Source of the DNA: a virus
Lineage: Duplodnaviria > Caudoviricetes
Length of the DNA stretch: 25,466 bases
Virus record (IMG/VR): IMGVR_UViG_3300005611_000176
Coordinates: 1-25,466 of that record
Reading direction: 5' to 3' (one strand)
Both the position numbers and the translations under genes were made by a program. The stretch's first letter is position 1; each line of letters starts with the position of its first letter. Shown here in pieces: positions 16,901 to 25,466 of the stretch. The notes under the pieces are model-generated. The model ran no database searches, was not told the DNA's origin, and was given only the letters and a program-made list of their open reading frames with translations.

Positions 16901-19900
16901 TAACTGCAAAAAGATTTTCTCCTGGAAGGAAAGTTGTGTTTGCAGCACCAACAAAACTAGTTGTGCCGATTCCAATAGCAGAGGATGCAGTTCCAACATG
17001 AACATACCTTAGTTTCTCTCCACTAACAAAGAAGTGATTTGGGATTCTAATAGTATTATTCGTAGTGTTAGCAATACCTGCATCATTTGCTTCAAAATAT
17101 CTTTCAAAGATTGGAAGATTTTCATGCTGTAGTTCAAATCCTCTCTTGATGTCTGACTCTGTTCCTTGATAAGAACCTAAATCACTGTTAATTGTTGCGT
17201 TAGTAAAGTCAATTTCATTGGACAGTGATGTATTTTCATTTAAAGTTAATGCATTCATGTATACATTAACAACTGTGTCAATACTTGCATTTGGTGTGAA
17301 TACAAGGGAAACGGTCCCTGCTGCAGAAACTCTAGATCCAAATGTTCCCAATCCAGCACCAGTTTCTACTACTCCATATTCAGTATCATATGTTTCATAA
17401 GTACCAGTTGAGGAAACATAATCATCAATAACGATAAGTTCAGATAGTTGAGTTTCAGAATTAGTAGTATCTGCAACTTGAGCAATAAAGTAAGCACAAT
17501 CATAATCATTTGGATACTCAGCAACAGTGGTAATACCAGGAGATCCTGAAGCAGAAATGCTAGTTGTTCTAGCCTCAAGTCTTGATCTTGTAAGATCAAC
17601 GGTCCCAATACCAGTGAAGGTATTTGAAGAAAGTCCTACTTGAATAGTGTTAATTACACCTGTAGTTGCAATACCAACGGAAGTTGGAATAAAGTCAACA
17701 TTTAAGGAAGATCCACTAAAATATGCATGATATGTACCAAGTCCAGTTGCAGAATATCCACCAAGATTGGTAGTCAATCTACCATATTCCATCATCTCAA
17801 TATCTGCTCCATTATGAACAATATTAAGTTCTACTGCTTCAAATTCTTCATTTCTAGTCAAATCTGGATTTATATTGACCAGAACTTTAACACTAGAGTG
17901 AGTGTCTCCAATTGAAACAATAGTAGTAGTAACACCAGATGTTACCGGAGAACTCTTAGTTTCAATAGTTACTACTCCACCGATACTTGTAGTTCCTATT
18001 CCAAGGAAATTATCATTTAAATTATATGAGAAAACACTAAGATCATAATCATTAACCGTAGATTTAGTTGGATAGAATTGAAGTTGTGCTTCAGATCCAG
18101 AAATAGCAAAATCAAAAGACCCTTGATCATAATAAGTTTCAACTCTACCATATTGATTCAAATATCCACGAGAATTATCGTGAAGAAGATCAACAATCAT
18201 CAACTGTCTTTGTGCGTTGTATCTCTTGTCTCTAACATATGTGATATATTTTTGGAATCTAACATCACTCAGAAGGAAAGTATCTACTACACTAAATGGG
18301 GTTGATCTTGGATTACTATTAAATTGACCACCAAGATCATCAATAGAAAGAACTCTATTTCCAACAGATTCAAAATAATCAGTAAGAATTCTATTGGAGA
18401 AAATTATTTCATCAGAAACAACTTTTGAATTTTGATTGAGGTTATTTTCCTTAACAATATCAAATCCATAGACACAATTTAGACTTGCAAATCCATCAAT
18501 ATTATTAACAGCAGTTACATTTGTTACTGCCGTTGAGAGTCCAACAGTCATACTATTTTCATTATTTGACTCTAATTGATAATCAGAGAACTTTTTGTAT
18601 CCTAATGTATGATTCTGAGCAGAGACAACATCAGTCCAAGTATCATATGGAACCTTAGATCTTAATGAATAAGAGAAGTTTTGATAATAGTAATTATCTT
18701 GTAGTTTTTGTAATTCAAAATTTAATCTACCAAAATCTTCCTGCCAACCTTGTATAACTTTTGAAGTTGCTCCTAAGTTGATATAAGAATCAAAAGAAGT
18801 AATAGAAGATGCAATACCTTGAACTTTAGAATTAAGTCCTTTAACAACCTCACCAACAACAAAATTATCATCAGAAGAAACTGTTAGTGTAGTAATTTTT
18901 GGATCCCAACTCTGAACAATTCCTGTAGCAGAATCTGACGTAACTGTTTCTCCACTAATAAAATTCCTAGTGTTTAAAACAACTTCAAATGTTGGGAAAT
19001 GTTTAGAAGCAAGAATCTTTCCAGAGGAATTAACAGAATTAAAAGTTCCTGGGAACTCACCACCTTCAAACAATCCAGACATGCTATATGTAACACTTCC
19101 AATACCACCAAGGTTTTCAGTGATTCCAGTGACATCAAATAACTTGTAATTATATCCAGAAGAGTTATATCCTTTTCCAGTAGATCCTACACCAACACTA
19201 ATACCCTCTACAAGAACTTTATCTCCAACTGCAAATGGGAAAATATTAACAGTACTAAATCCAACAGATAAAGTTGCTGTTACTGTTTCTGTTGCTGAAT
19301 CAAACACTATAGTGTTGATACCAACTCCAGCACCACTTTGTGTTGGTATGATTGTTGGTCCAACATTACTCATCCCATTAGTATTTTTCAGAATTTCTAC
19401 TTCAGATTTTCCAAGAGTTACTTTCAAATTAATATCAGAGACTACTTCACTAGTTTTTCCATCCAGCACAACTAATTCAGGTGGAACTGAGAATCCTCTT
19501 CCAAATGAAGTAATTCCAACACTATCAAGTGATGCCAGAGAATCCATTTTGATACTTTGAGGAAGAAGTATTCTTGGATTTAATGTTGGATCTGATGGTA
19601 AAGTAAATCCAATATTATCTAAGGTCATTCTCTTAAGAGAACCTATGGATGAACTTTCCGCCTCTAAAACAGCACCATTGCCACCAAGAGTGTTTACGGT
19701 AGTGATTCCAGGTAATGAATAATAATTTTTTCCTCTATCAGATAGTTCTACTTTTGCTATTGGTCCAAGTGTGTGGGTACAGTCAGTCTCATATGTGACT
19801 AACGACGAAGTGTCATATGAGAGTTTTTCTGGAGTTTCTGCAAGAGAATATGTAAATGTTGTTGTCGTTCCAACATTAATAGTGTGCTTTCCATTATACA

Positions 19901-22900
19901 GACTTTCTCTAGATACAATTGTGTTTCCAGAAATAACTTCAGTATCGGTATAAATCTCTGACTTTGTTGCAGGAAGATCACTTTCATACAAAGGAGTTAA
20001 ATTGTAATAAAGTTCAGATGGAGTATTTTCATTAACGGATAATTCTGCTTTGGCACCAACTGTTCCTACTATTCCTTGTCTTGATAAATCAAAAGTATTA
20101 CTTTCACTATATTTTTCCCATTCTTTAGTAAAGTTTTTATCAACATATAAATCAAACTTAAATGCTGGATAAGTTGTTCCTTGTTTTACATATGAAAGAG
20201 AAGGATCAGAGAGATCAAAAGTTACAGTGGAATTTCTATAAAGTTTCACCAGTGGTGATATTGGATTAATTGTTCCAAGAGATGCACTGGTTATTCCTAC
20301 AGTAATTGGTTTTGATTGTGTTGCTTCATAGTAAGTATTTGACAATTTAATTAAATTATCATCTACTCTCACAACATAGTAAATTTTATCACTAGTAAGT
20401 CCTACAGATGATACTTCTGAGGTATGAATTACCTTATCACCTGTTTTAAATCCATGAGAGTTAATCGTTATAGCACTTGTAGTAGTGTTAACACCTGCAG
20501 TTACAAATCCAACTGGATTTACAACTAATCTTCTATTATAATCATTATAAGTAAGAGTTACGATTCCCGTATTTTGAGGATTAACATTGACAAAAATATT
20601 ATGTGGAGAACTCAATCCATGAGTTCCTGCTGTTGAAACAGTAACTAAATTTCTTCTTATATCTCCTGTTAGAACACTATAATTTGTTCTAAAACTATGA
20701 GTATCTCCTGTTCCAACATTTCTAAAGAATAGAGTGGTTGAAAGTGTGTTTGCAAGACCAACGAAAGTTCCAGTTGTTCCAAGACCAACTCTTACCGTTG
20801 CAATACCAATCAAATCGTCATTTATCTTTGCAACAAATAGATTAGTGCCATCAGCAAGTGTAGTTCCTACCCCAACATTAGTTTCATCTTGTACAATTAT
20901 TCCAGAACCTTTAACAGTCCCTATTCCAGTAGAGTATGTTACTTGATCTCCTGTTTTTAAATTGTGACCAGGGAGATAGATTGCCTTGGTTTGAATAAAA
21001 ATAGAGGTTGCACCAGCACCAGGATTAGAGAAGGAAATTGTTGTTCCAATTCCAACTCCAGCAGTTGTTCCGAGTCCAACAGCATCTGAAGGATCAAAAT
21101 AAATCTGCTTATTGAGAGTATAAGAGTAATCAGTTTTAAACCCAGAATTAATTCTTAATTTTCTAGGAACTTCGTAAATATATTTTCCTATTGTATGCGT
21201 TGTTCCAACAGTATTATCAAATGCTCTTAAAACTCTAATTCTTGAATTCAGAGGATCTACATTGAGAACCTTAACTTTTTCTGTTCCTATAATTAAAGTA
21301 TCATTCTCTCTAATGTTTGGATAGTTTAGATCACCAGAAACTCTAAAGTAAGTTACTATACCAGTTATATTAGTATTACCAATAGCAACTCCTATAGTTC
21401 CCACTCCAGCAATTGCTAATCTATTTGTTCTTATACCAACATTATAAAATCCTTCAATTCCTGAAGATGTGGTAGATAAACCTGAAACAGTAATAACATC
21501 AAGAGGTTCAAAATTATGAGGATTATCTGAGAAGACCAAATATTCACCTTTTGTTTGTCCTGGATAAATCTCAACCCCTTCAATAATGCTTGAAGCAACA
21601 CTTATGTTATTAACAGATTTTCCTTTTACTCTGGTTACTTTTGCTGCTACACCCTGTCCTTGAGTTCCATTATTATTAAAAACAAGAGTTTCATTAACGC
21701 GATAATTGGAACCCCCAGTAACAATACCGACACTATCAATTACACCAAAAGAAGTTGCTTCAATAGTTGCAGTTTGATTCAACTTATTTGGGACATAAAA
21801 ATAAGAATATTCTAAATCATCTTCAATAACATTTAATGGTTCTGTGTTTCTACGCCAATCACTTGAAATATCAAAAGAATCATAATTTGATAATGGATTA
21901 AAATTAAATCTATCGGGAATGCCCTTGTAGTTATTGCCAATTACATATGGAAAAATTGGTTTACGATTTTTTTCAAAAATTCCAGAAGATTCTGCAAACT
22001 TATCATTTATAGTAACAAAATAGGCATAGGTTCCTTTTGGAAATTCTGGTGTTATGCAGAATCTTCCATTATTTTCATCAAGAACACTATCATCAGAAAC
22101 TTCTTTATGAGTATAATCATTAATAAAGAATCCTTCTGGAAAAATAGATGTGGGAGGTCTATTATCTTTTAGTTCAATAGAGTATCCAGATCTCATCTGT
22201 GCAATTACACCACCATTCAAATTAGAGTATCCATATGGTCCATAGATTGGATGTCCATCATAAGCAAATCCTAAAATAGGAGAGTGTTTTGTAGATGCTA
22301 CTTCAATACTGTTAACCTTTCTGAGATCTCTCTCACCATACAATATATTCCCTTCAGTATCTGTAGAAAAAACAGTTTCTCTAAGTTTTCTTGGTGCATA
22401 CAAATGAGAATATTGAAGTCCAAAGTCATCTGATTTTAATCCAGGTATAATAATACCATCATCCTGTGAAAAATATGGATAATATTTTTCAAATAAATTT
22501 ACTCTCCAATTTTGCACATTTGCTTTAAATACTGGTAATACTTCAGTTGATCCTGCTGGTATAACACTAATGGTAGTTGTACCAAAATCATCAGAATATC
22601 CTGCACCAGGTTCAATAATTTTAACATCAGTTACCGATCCATTTTCCAAAACAGGAACCAAAACTGCACCTACTCCATCACCTTCTATATCCAAATCTGG
22701 TGTAGAAAGATATCTACTTCCAGATTTTTGAATTATGACATCTACTATCTTTCCACCAACAACGATTGGAGTTAATTGGCAATCTGATCCAGATTCTAAT
22801 TCAACTGTAGGTTGTCTATCTAAGTTAATAATCTCAGATGATCCATACCCAACTCCACCATTTTCAAGATGTATAGATGTTACTGTTCCTCTTACGATTG

Positions 22901-25466
22901 GTTGGAAAGAACCCTTAAATGTTTCTGTGCCAATAGAAGAAATTCCAACATTTCCAGATAAAGTTACAGTAATGTCTGGATAGTTAAAAATATGAGTTCC
23001 CACACCTACAGAGGTCATATCTACATATTGTTTTGTTCTTCTGTAAAATTCTCTGTCTGAAGAAACACCAATCTGAGAGAGATGGAAAGAATCTTTATCA
23101 ACAACAGTTACATAATACTCCGTATCCACCGATAAACCAGATACAGGAGTTCCTGTGCAAGTATACTTTACTTTTTCTCCAGTCTTGTAATCGTGATTTA
23201 CAATCGTAACTAAGTTAGATGCCGTATTGATCCCTGTGATTGGAGATGTTCTTTTTTTGTTTTCATAACCAGATCCACCATTAACTACATTGATGGAATT
23301 AACTACAGATTTTTTGTTTACTGATTTAAGAGAATGTTTTCCAATACCATAATCAGTTAAAAATACAGTGTTAAGTCCAGAAATTGCATCAGCTTCATTT
23401 TTATGCAGTCTAACAGTAACATTATCCAATACTGAGACGTAATAAGAAGAATTAGTTACTATTCCACTTACAGCTTCTTGATCTTTTGTTTGATATAAAA
23501 CTTGCTCAGCATTTCTAAACTTATGATAAGTTGTGAATCCAATTCTTGATTGAGTAGATGCAGTTCCTGTGATAACTCTATTAGAAACTAAGTCTGCAAA
23601 AAACTCAACTTCATGGTCAATCAACTTCATGTTAGCTTGGGCAATCGCACCAGAACCATTTCCACCTTCAATTTTGATTGTTGGTGTGTTTAGATAATCA
23701 AACCCAGAATCTATTACTCTTACTTCTCTAAGAGATCCACTGATAGCAGGATATCCAGTTGCACCGGTTCCAACAGAGTCTGAAATAATCAAATTTGGTG
23801 GGTTTATTACATCAATATTTGTTCCTTCTGATAAAATATCAATTGACTCAATTTTTCCATATCTTATTACATCTTTACCTTTGTAATTTAAAAGTTCAAC
23901 ACCATTAACAAACATTCCAGTCAATCCTGGTTCTGTTTCTGTTAAAGTACCATCATTTAAAGGTTCTGATATTTTTCTTAAAATTTTCTGTGGTTCTAAA
24001 GTCTTTCCATTAAATTCAAAAGGTTTTATAGAACTGTTAGCAACAGTAGTTGAATTATCTAAGGAAATAAATTTAGAATTAAAAATATCATTTCTACTTC
24101 TTGCAAACTTAAGAGTTGAACCATTTACTCTTTTTACAAAATAAAGACCATCAGCAAATAATGCAGTGTCTCTAACTAATCTAGTATCACTACTTCCACT
24201 ATCATTAATAAATGTTTCTGTAACCAGTTGCGCTGAATAGTAAACAGCATCTCCAGTATAGAAACCATGCTCTACTCCAGGAGAAATTTCAAATTCATCT
24301 CCAAGGAAAGTTCCAGAGAATTTGAATTCTCTAGATGCAGGATTTAATGGTTGTGAATCATAATGAGGTATTGATGGAGAAGAAATCAAATAATCTCCAG
24401 ATTCGTTTTTATAAACATTATCAACATCAGTAGAATATATCTGTGATGATGGATAAGTGGTAGAGGAAACTTTTTGAATTCTCCTTTGAATTGTATATGT
24501 AGCACTTGTGTTTAAAACACCTTGTCCTCTTATAGTAAAAGTTTTTTCACCAGTTACTGATATGATTTTAGTTTCTTTTCTAACACCATTTAAGATAACT
24601 TCTGCACTATCACCAGATCTAAATTGATTAGGTACATTTAAAGTTACTTTATATGTGTTATTTGATGAATCTGTTAATTCAAGATTTTTAATTTTATATG
24701 TTGGTGAGATATTATAAAACCACTTACTAGTTTTAATATTTTTCTCAGAAATTCCAAGATTAGTTACATTAACCTTTCCACCTTTTAAAAGACCTTTAGT
24801 ATTAACTGGAACATTAATAGAGTTCAGAACAGAGTTAACTCTTACCTCAATAACTTCATCTTGATCTAATTTAGACCTTCCATATGCAAATGTATTGACT
24901 CCTACGACTGTTGCATCTGCAACTTCGGCATCAATATCAGTAACTCCATAAAATTGTGTCAGTGACTTAGAAGTATATGAAGAAACTCCTACACTATTAT
25001 CTGGATAACGGAAATATAACTCTCCTGTGGATCCAAATCCAACAGTTGAATCAACATCAATAACCGATGATCCTGCAGATACTTTGCCTATTATTCTTGT
25101 GGATGGTTCTACAGTAAATGCACCATACACTGACCCCTGTACAAAGGCATCGCGATTATATCCACCATCAATACTAAGTTTGTAAAAAGTTTTTCCGTAA
25201 CCAACTTCTATCTTTTCAACACTGGTAATTGGTGCATACGCTTTGTTTATTCCACCACCAAATTTATATTCATTTTGATATAAAGTTGCGTTCTCTAAAT
25301 TCTCTGGATCACCTTCAATAGGTTCTACTACTAAACTATTGACGATTCTATATTGAGCATTTGAAGGAGAAATCAGAAAATCTCTTGGTTTTACAATCCT
25401 TACATCTTCATTGTATAATGCTCTGAATAGAATTTCAAACGAATAATCAGTTCCTTTACTTCTATA
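13917..25466 (-). CDS. gp7: Giant baseplate wedge initiator (T4 gp7-like), 5'-truncated, at least 3849 aa
   Basis: The ORF track starts at an internal GTG (25130), but the frame stays open to the window edge. The extra 112 codons begin YRSKGTDYSFEILFRALYNEDVRIVKPRDFL, the Y-x-x-KGT-x-x-S-x-x-x-LF motif of gp7-type wedge proteins. Internal LQDNYYYQNFSYSLRS...HTLGYKKFSD is also typical. Immediately upstream of gp8. Confidence 0.85.
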   Translation of the reverse strand, partial: YRSKGTDYSFEILFRALYNEDVRIVKPRDFLISPSNAQYRIVNSLVVEPIEGDPENLENATLYQNEYKFGGGINKAYAPITSVEKIEVGYGKTFYKLSIDGGYNRDAFVQGSVYGAFTVEPSTRIIGKVSAGSSVIDVDSTVGFGSTGELYFRYPDNSVGVSSYTSKSLTQFYGVTDIDAEVADATVVGVNTFAYGRSKLDQDEVIEVRVNSVLNSINVPVNTKGLLKGGKVNVTNLGISEKNIKTSKWFYNISPTYKIKNLELTDSSNNTYKVTLNVPNQFRSGDSAEVILNGVRKETKIISVTGEKTFTIRGQGVLNTSATYTIQRRIQKVSSTTYPSSQIYSTDVDNVYKNESGDYLISSPSIPHYDSQPLNPASREFKFSGTFLGDEFEISPGVEHGFYTGDAVYYSAQLVTETFINDSGSSDTRLVRDTALFADGLYFVKRVNGSTLKFARSRNDIFNSKFISLDNSTTVANSSIKPFEFNGKTLEPQKILRKISEPLNDGTLTETEPGLTGMFVNGVELLNYKGKDVIRYGKIESIDILSEGTNIDVINPPNLIISDSVGTGATGYPAISGSLREVRVIDSGFDYLNTPTIKIEGGNGSGAIAQANMKLIDHEVEFFADLVSNRVITGTASTQSRIGFTTYHKFRNAEQVLYQTKDQEAVSGIVTNSSYYVSVLDNVTVRLHKNEADAISGLNTVFLTDYGIGKHSLKSVNKKSVVNSINVVNGGSGYENKKRTSPITGINTASNLVTIVNHDYKTGEKVKYTCTGTPVSGLSVDTEYYVTVVDKDSFHLSQIGVSSDREFYRRTKQYVDMTSVGVGTHIFNYPDITVTLSGNVGISSIGTETFKGSFQPIVRGTVTSIHLENGGVGYGSSEIINLDRQPTVELESGSDCQLTPIVVGGKIVDVIIQKSGSRYLSTPDLDIEGDGVGAVLVPVLENGSVTDVKIIEPGAGYSDDFGTTTISVIPAGSTEVLPVFKANVQNWRVNLFEKYYPYFSQDDGIIIPGLKSDDFGLQYSHLYAPRKLRETVFSTDTEGNILYGERDLRKVNSIEVASTKHSPILGFAYDGHPIYGPYGYSNLNGGVIAQMRSGYSIELKDNRPPTSIFPEGFFINDYTHKEVSDDSVLDENNGRFCITPEFPKGTYAYFVTINDKFAESSGIFEKNRKPIFPYVIGNNYKGIPDRFNFNPLSNYDSFDISSDWRRNTEPLNVIEDDLEYSYFYVPNKLNQTATIEATSFGVIDSVGIVTGGSNYRVNETLVFNNNGTQGQGVAAKVTRVKGKSVNNISVASSIIEGVEIYPGQTKGEYLVFSDNPHNFEPLDVITVSGLSTTSSGIEGFYNVGIRTNRLAIAGVGTIGVAIGNTNITGIVTYFRVSGDLNYPNIRENDTLIIGTEKVKVLNVDPLNSRIRVLRAFDNTVGTTHTIGKYIYEVPRKLRINSGFKTDYSYTLNKQIYFDPSDAVGLGTTAGVGIGTTISFSNPGAGATSIFIQTKAIYLPGHNLKTGDQVTYSTGIGTVKGSGIIVQDETNVGVGTTLADGTNLFVAKINDDLIGIATVRVGLGTTGTFVGLANTLSTTLFFRNVGTGDTHSFRTNYSVLTGDIRRNLVTVSTAGTHGLSSPHNIFVNVNPQNTGIVTLTYNDYNRRLVVNPVGFVTAGVNTTTSAITINSHGFKTGDKVIHTSEVSSVGLTSDKIYYVVRVDDNLIKLSNTYYEATQSKPITVGITSASLGTINPISPLVKLYRNSTVTFDLSDPSLSYVKQGTTYPAFKFDLYVDKNFTKEWEKYSESNTFDLSRQGIVGTVGAKAELSVNENTPSELYYNLTPLYESDLPATKSEIYTDTEVISGNTIVSRESLYNGKHTINVGTTTTFTYSLAETPEKLSYDTSSLVTYETDCTHTLGPIAKVELSDRGKNYYSLPGITTVNTLGGNGAVLEAESSSIGSLKRMTLDNIGFTLPSDPTLNPRILLPQSIKMDSLASLDSVGITSFGRGFSVPPELVVLDGKTSEVVSDINLKVTLGKSEVEILKNTNGMSNVGPTIIPTQSGAGVGINTIVFDSATETVTATLSVGFSTVNIFPFAVGDKVLVEGISVGVGSTGKGYNSSGYNYKLFDVTGITENLGGIGSVTYSMSGLFEGGEFPGTFNSVNSSGKILASKHFPTFEVVLNTRNFISGETVTSDSATGIVQSWDPKITTLTVSSDDNFVVGEVVKGLNSKVQGIASSITSFDSYINLGATSKVIQGWQEDFGRLNFELQKLQDNYYYQNFSYSLRSKVPYDTWTDVVSAQNHTLGYKKFSDYQLESNNENSMTVGLSTAVTNVTAVNNIDGFASLNCVYGFDIVKENNLNQNSKVVSDEIIFSNRILTDYFESVGNRVLSIDDLGGQFNSNPRSTPFSVVDTFLLSDVRFQKYITYVRDKRYNAQRQLMIVDLLHDNSRGYLNQYGRVETYYDQGSFDFAISGSEAQLQFYPTKSTVNDYDLSVFSYNLNDNFLGIGTTSIGGVVTIETKSSPVTSGVTTTIVSIGDTHSSVKVLVNINPDLTRNEEFEAVELNIVHNGADIEMMEYGRLTTNLGGYSATGLGTYHAYFSGSSLNVDFIPTSVGIATTGVINTIQVGLSSNTFTGIGTVDLTRSRLEARTTSISASGSPGITTVAEYPNDYDCAYFIAQVADTTNSETQLSELIVIDDYVSSTGTYETYDTEYGVVETGAGLGTFGSRVSAAGTVSLVFTPNASIDTVVNVYMNALTLNENTSLSNEIDFTNATINSDLGSYQGTESDIKRGFELQHENLPIFERYFEANDAGIANTTNNTIRIPNHFFVSGEKLRYVHVGTASSAIGIGTTSFVGAANTTFLPGENLFAVKVDDNTIKIAASAENALKSIPEVVELESVGIGTSHRFISTNQNAKVIVALDNIIQSPIVSTAITTTLANQMLSVDNLLEFSGITSFFGSDLIKIGDEVMKIEGVGIGSTNFVRVRREWLGTRIGTAATGDLVTKIVGNYNIVDNVLNFAEAPFGNTPIGSTTNPPDERDWTGITTSSSFQGRSFMRSGVPDTSNETYYKNYIFDNISDQFNATENEFTLKQDGSDISGISTENAIILVNDVFQSPGISDQYVLSEQSGITSITFQGTNTVPLGPDVGISSYPKGGIIISVASTEGFGYQPLVAAGGTAIVSGLGTIQSISIGNSGSGYRSGIQTVVNVGVGLSASGTPSIEFIGTAAISNGNIVSVAITNPGTGYTTTNVPYVVFDDPLSYSNMDLVYSSSSVSGFGTHATANIVVGQGSSVIDFEINNTGYGYGNGEILTVAIGGTTGIPTTSSYSGNEFQITIDEIHDDEFTGWSVGTLQVLDRIDEYIDGVRKDFPLTLSGSIVSIVAAKGSKINVEDVLLIFVNNILQVPGEGYTFDGGSTVVFTEALKVGDTVNILFYKGSGDTDVIFRNVIETVKKGDTLQIKSDRSIGQASYLTEDERVVELVKSTSTVDTNPYEGPGNTVDVTLERPVDWCRQTEDIFINQIGVGKDRELYEPVINPSAYLIKSVGVGSTAIYVDNLRPIFNSQNENDTDLDFQKKIKFVRQETKTGAAGTAVVSGFGTISSVTISDGGVGYTTATVSFGSTVGVGTTTRAFGNVSISAGGTVTGVAITNPGVGYTYTNPPTVLISPPTYSEEEVSVTSYSGDNGIIVGFGTTAVGVGTTQLIFDIHIPYDSFLRDSSIAGTALTISSISANDYFIIRNSNVGLGSTSVTSLDSAGNTVGVGTSFADNVYQVASAESISTSVSGISTYVRRLFVKVDDFVYGFSGITTSDNFGSFSWGRIDVTARAELNSYNAYTLGGIGISEGTGISTSTLVTRSNFLKFKNYIV

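Noticed and set aside
5101-22983. Many 60-140 aa alternative-frame or antisense ORFs inside the DUF4815 gene, gp8 and gp7
   Set aside because: All are nested in long conserved genes, have shadow-like composition (Leu/Met-rich or Ser/Asn/Cys-rich) and show no recognisable motifs.
4771-25466. Inteins, introns or homing endonucleases as the reason for the very large genes
   Set aside because: Frames are uninterrupted and I saw no intein splice motifs or LAGLIDADG/HNH/GIY-YIG signatures. The length is explained by repeated structural modules.
1-25466. tRNA, CRISPR array or diversity-generating retroelement repeats
   Set aside because: Intergenic gaps are at most about 40 nt, and no regularly spaced or long near-identical nucleotide repeats or reverse transcriptase were seen by eye. 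A self dot-plot would be needed to exclude subtle repeats.

Overview
AT-rich (mid-30s % GC by eye), densely coding fragment of a T4-like myovirus, most like marine cyanomyoviruses (Kyanoviridae-type). All credible genes are on the minus strand and form one late structural operon. In transcription order (right to left): giant baseplate wedge initiator gp7 (5'-truncated, at least 3849 aa), baseplate wedge gp8, a 2517-aa DUF4815/'VrlC'-type virion protein, three small tightly coupled ORFs (74, 60, 126 aa), neck proteins gp13 and gp14, tail terminator gp15, small terminase gp16, and the start of an unlisted GTG-initiated ORF running off the left edge. T4-type late-promoter motifs (TAAATA core) lie at several gene junctions. 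The best candidate for novelty is the 60-aa ORF at 4373-4555, which resembles a divergent NblA (phycobilisome-degradation adaptor) embedded in the virion operon. Also notable is a shared set of small beta modules reused, and nested inside one another, across gp7, gp8, the DUF4815 protein, gp14 and gp15, including a split, degenerate YHYH-like domain in gp7. All family assignments come from remembered motifs and synteny; no database searches were run. No RNA genes, CRISPR arrays, introns, inteins or mobile elements were recognised.
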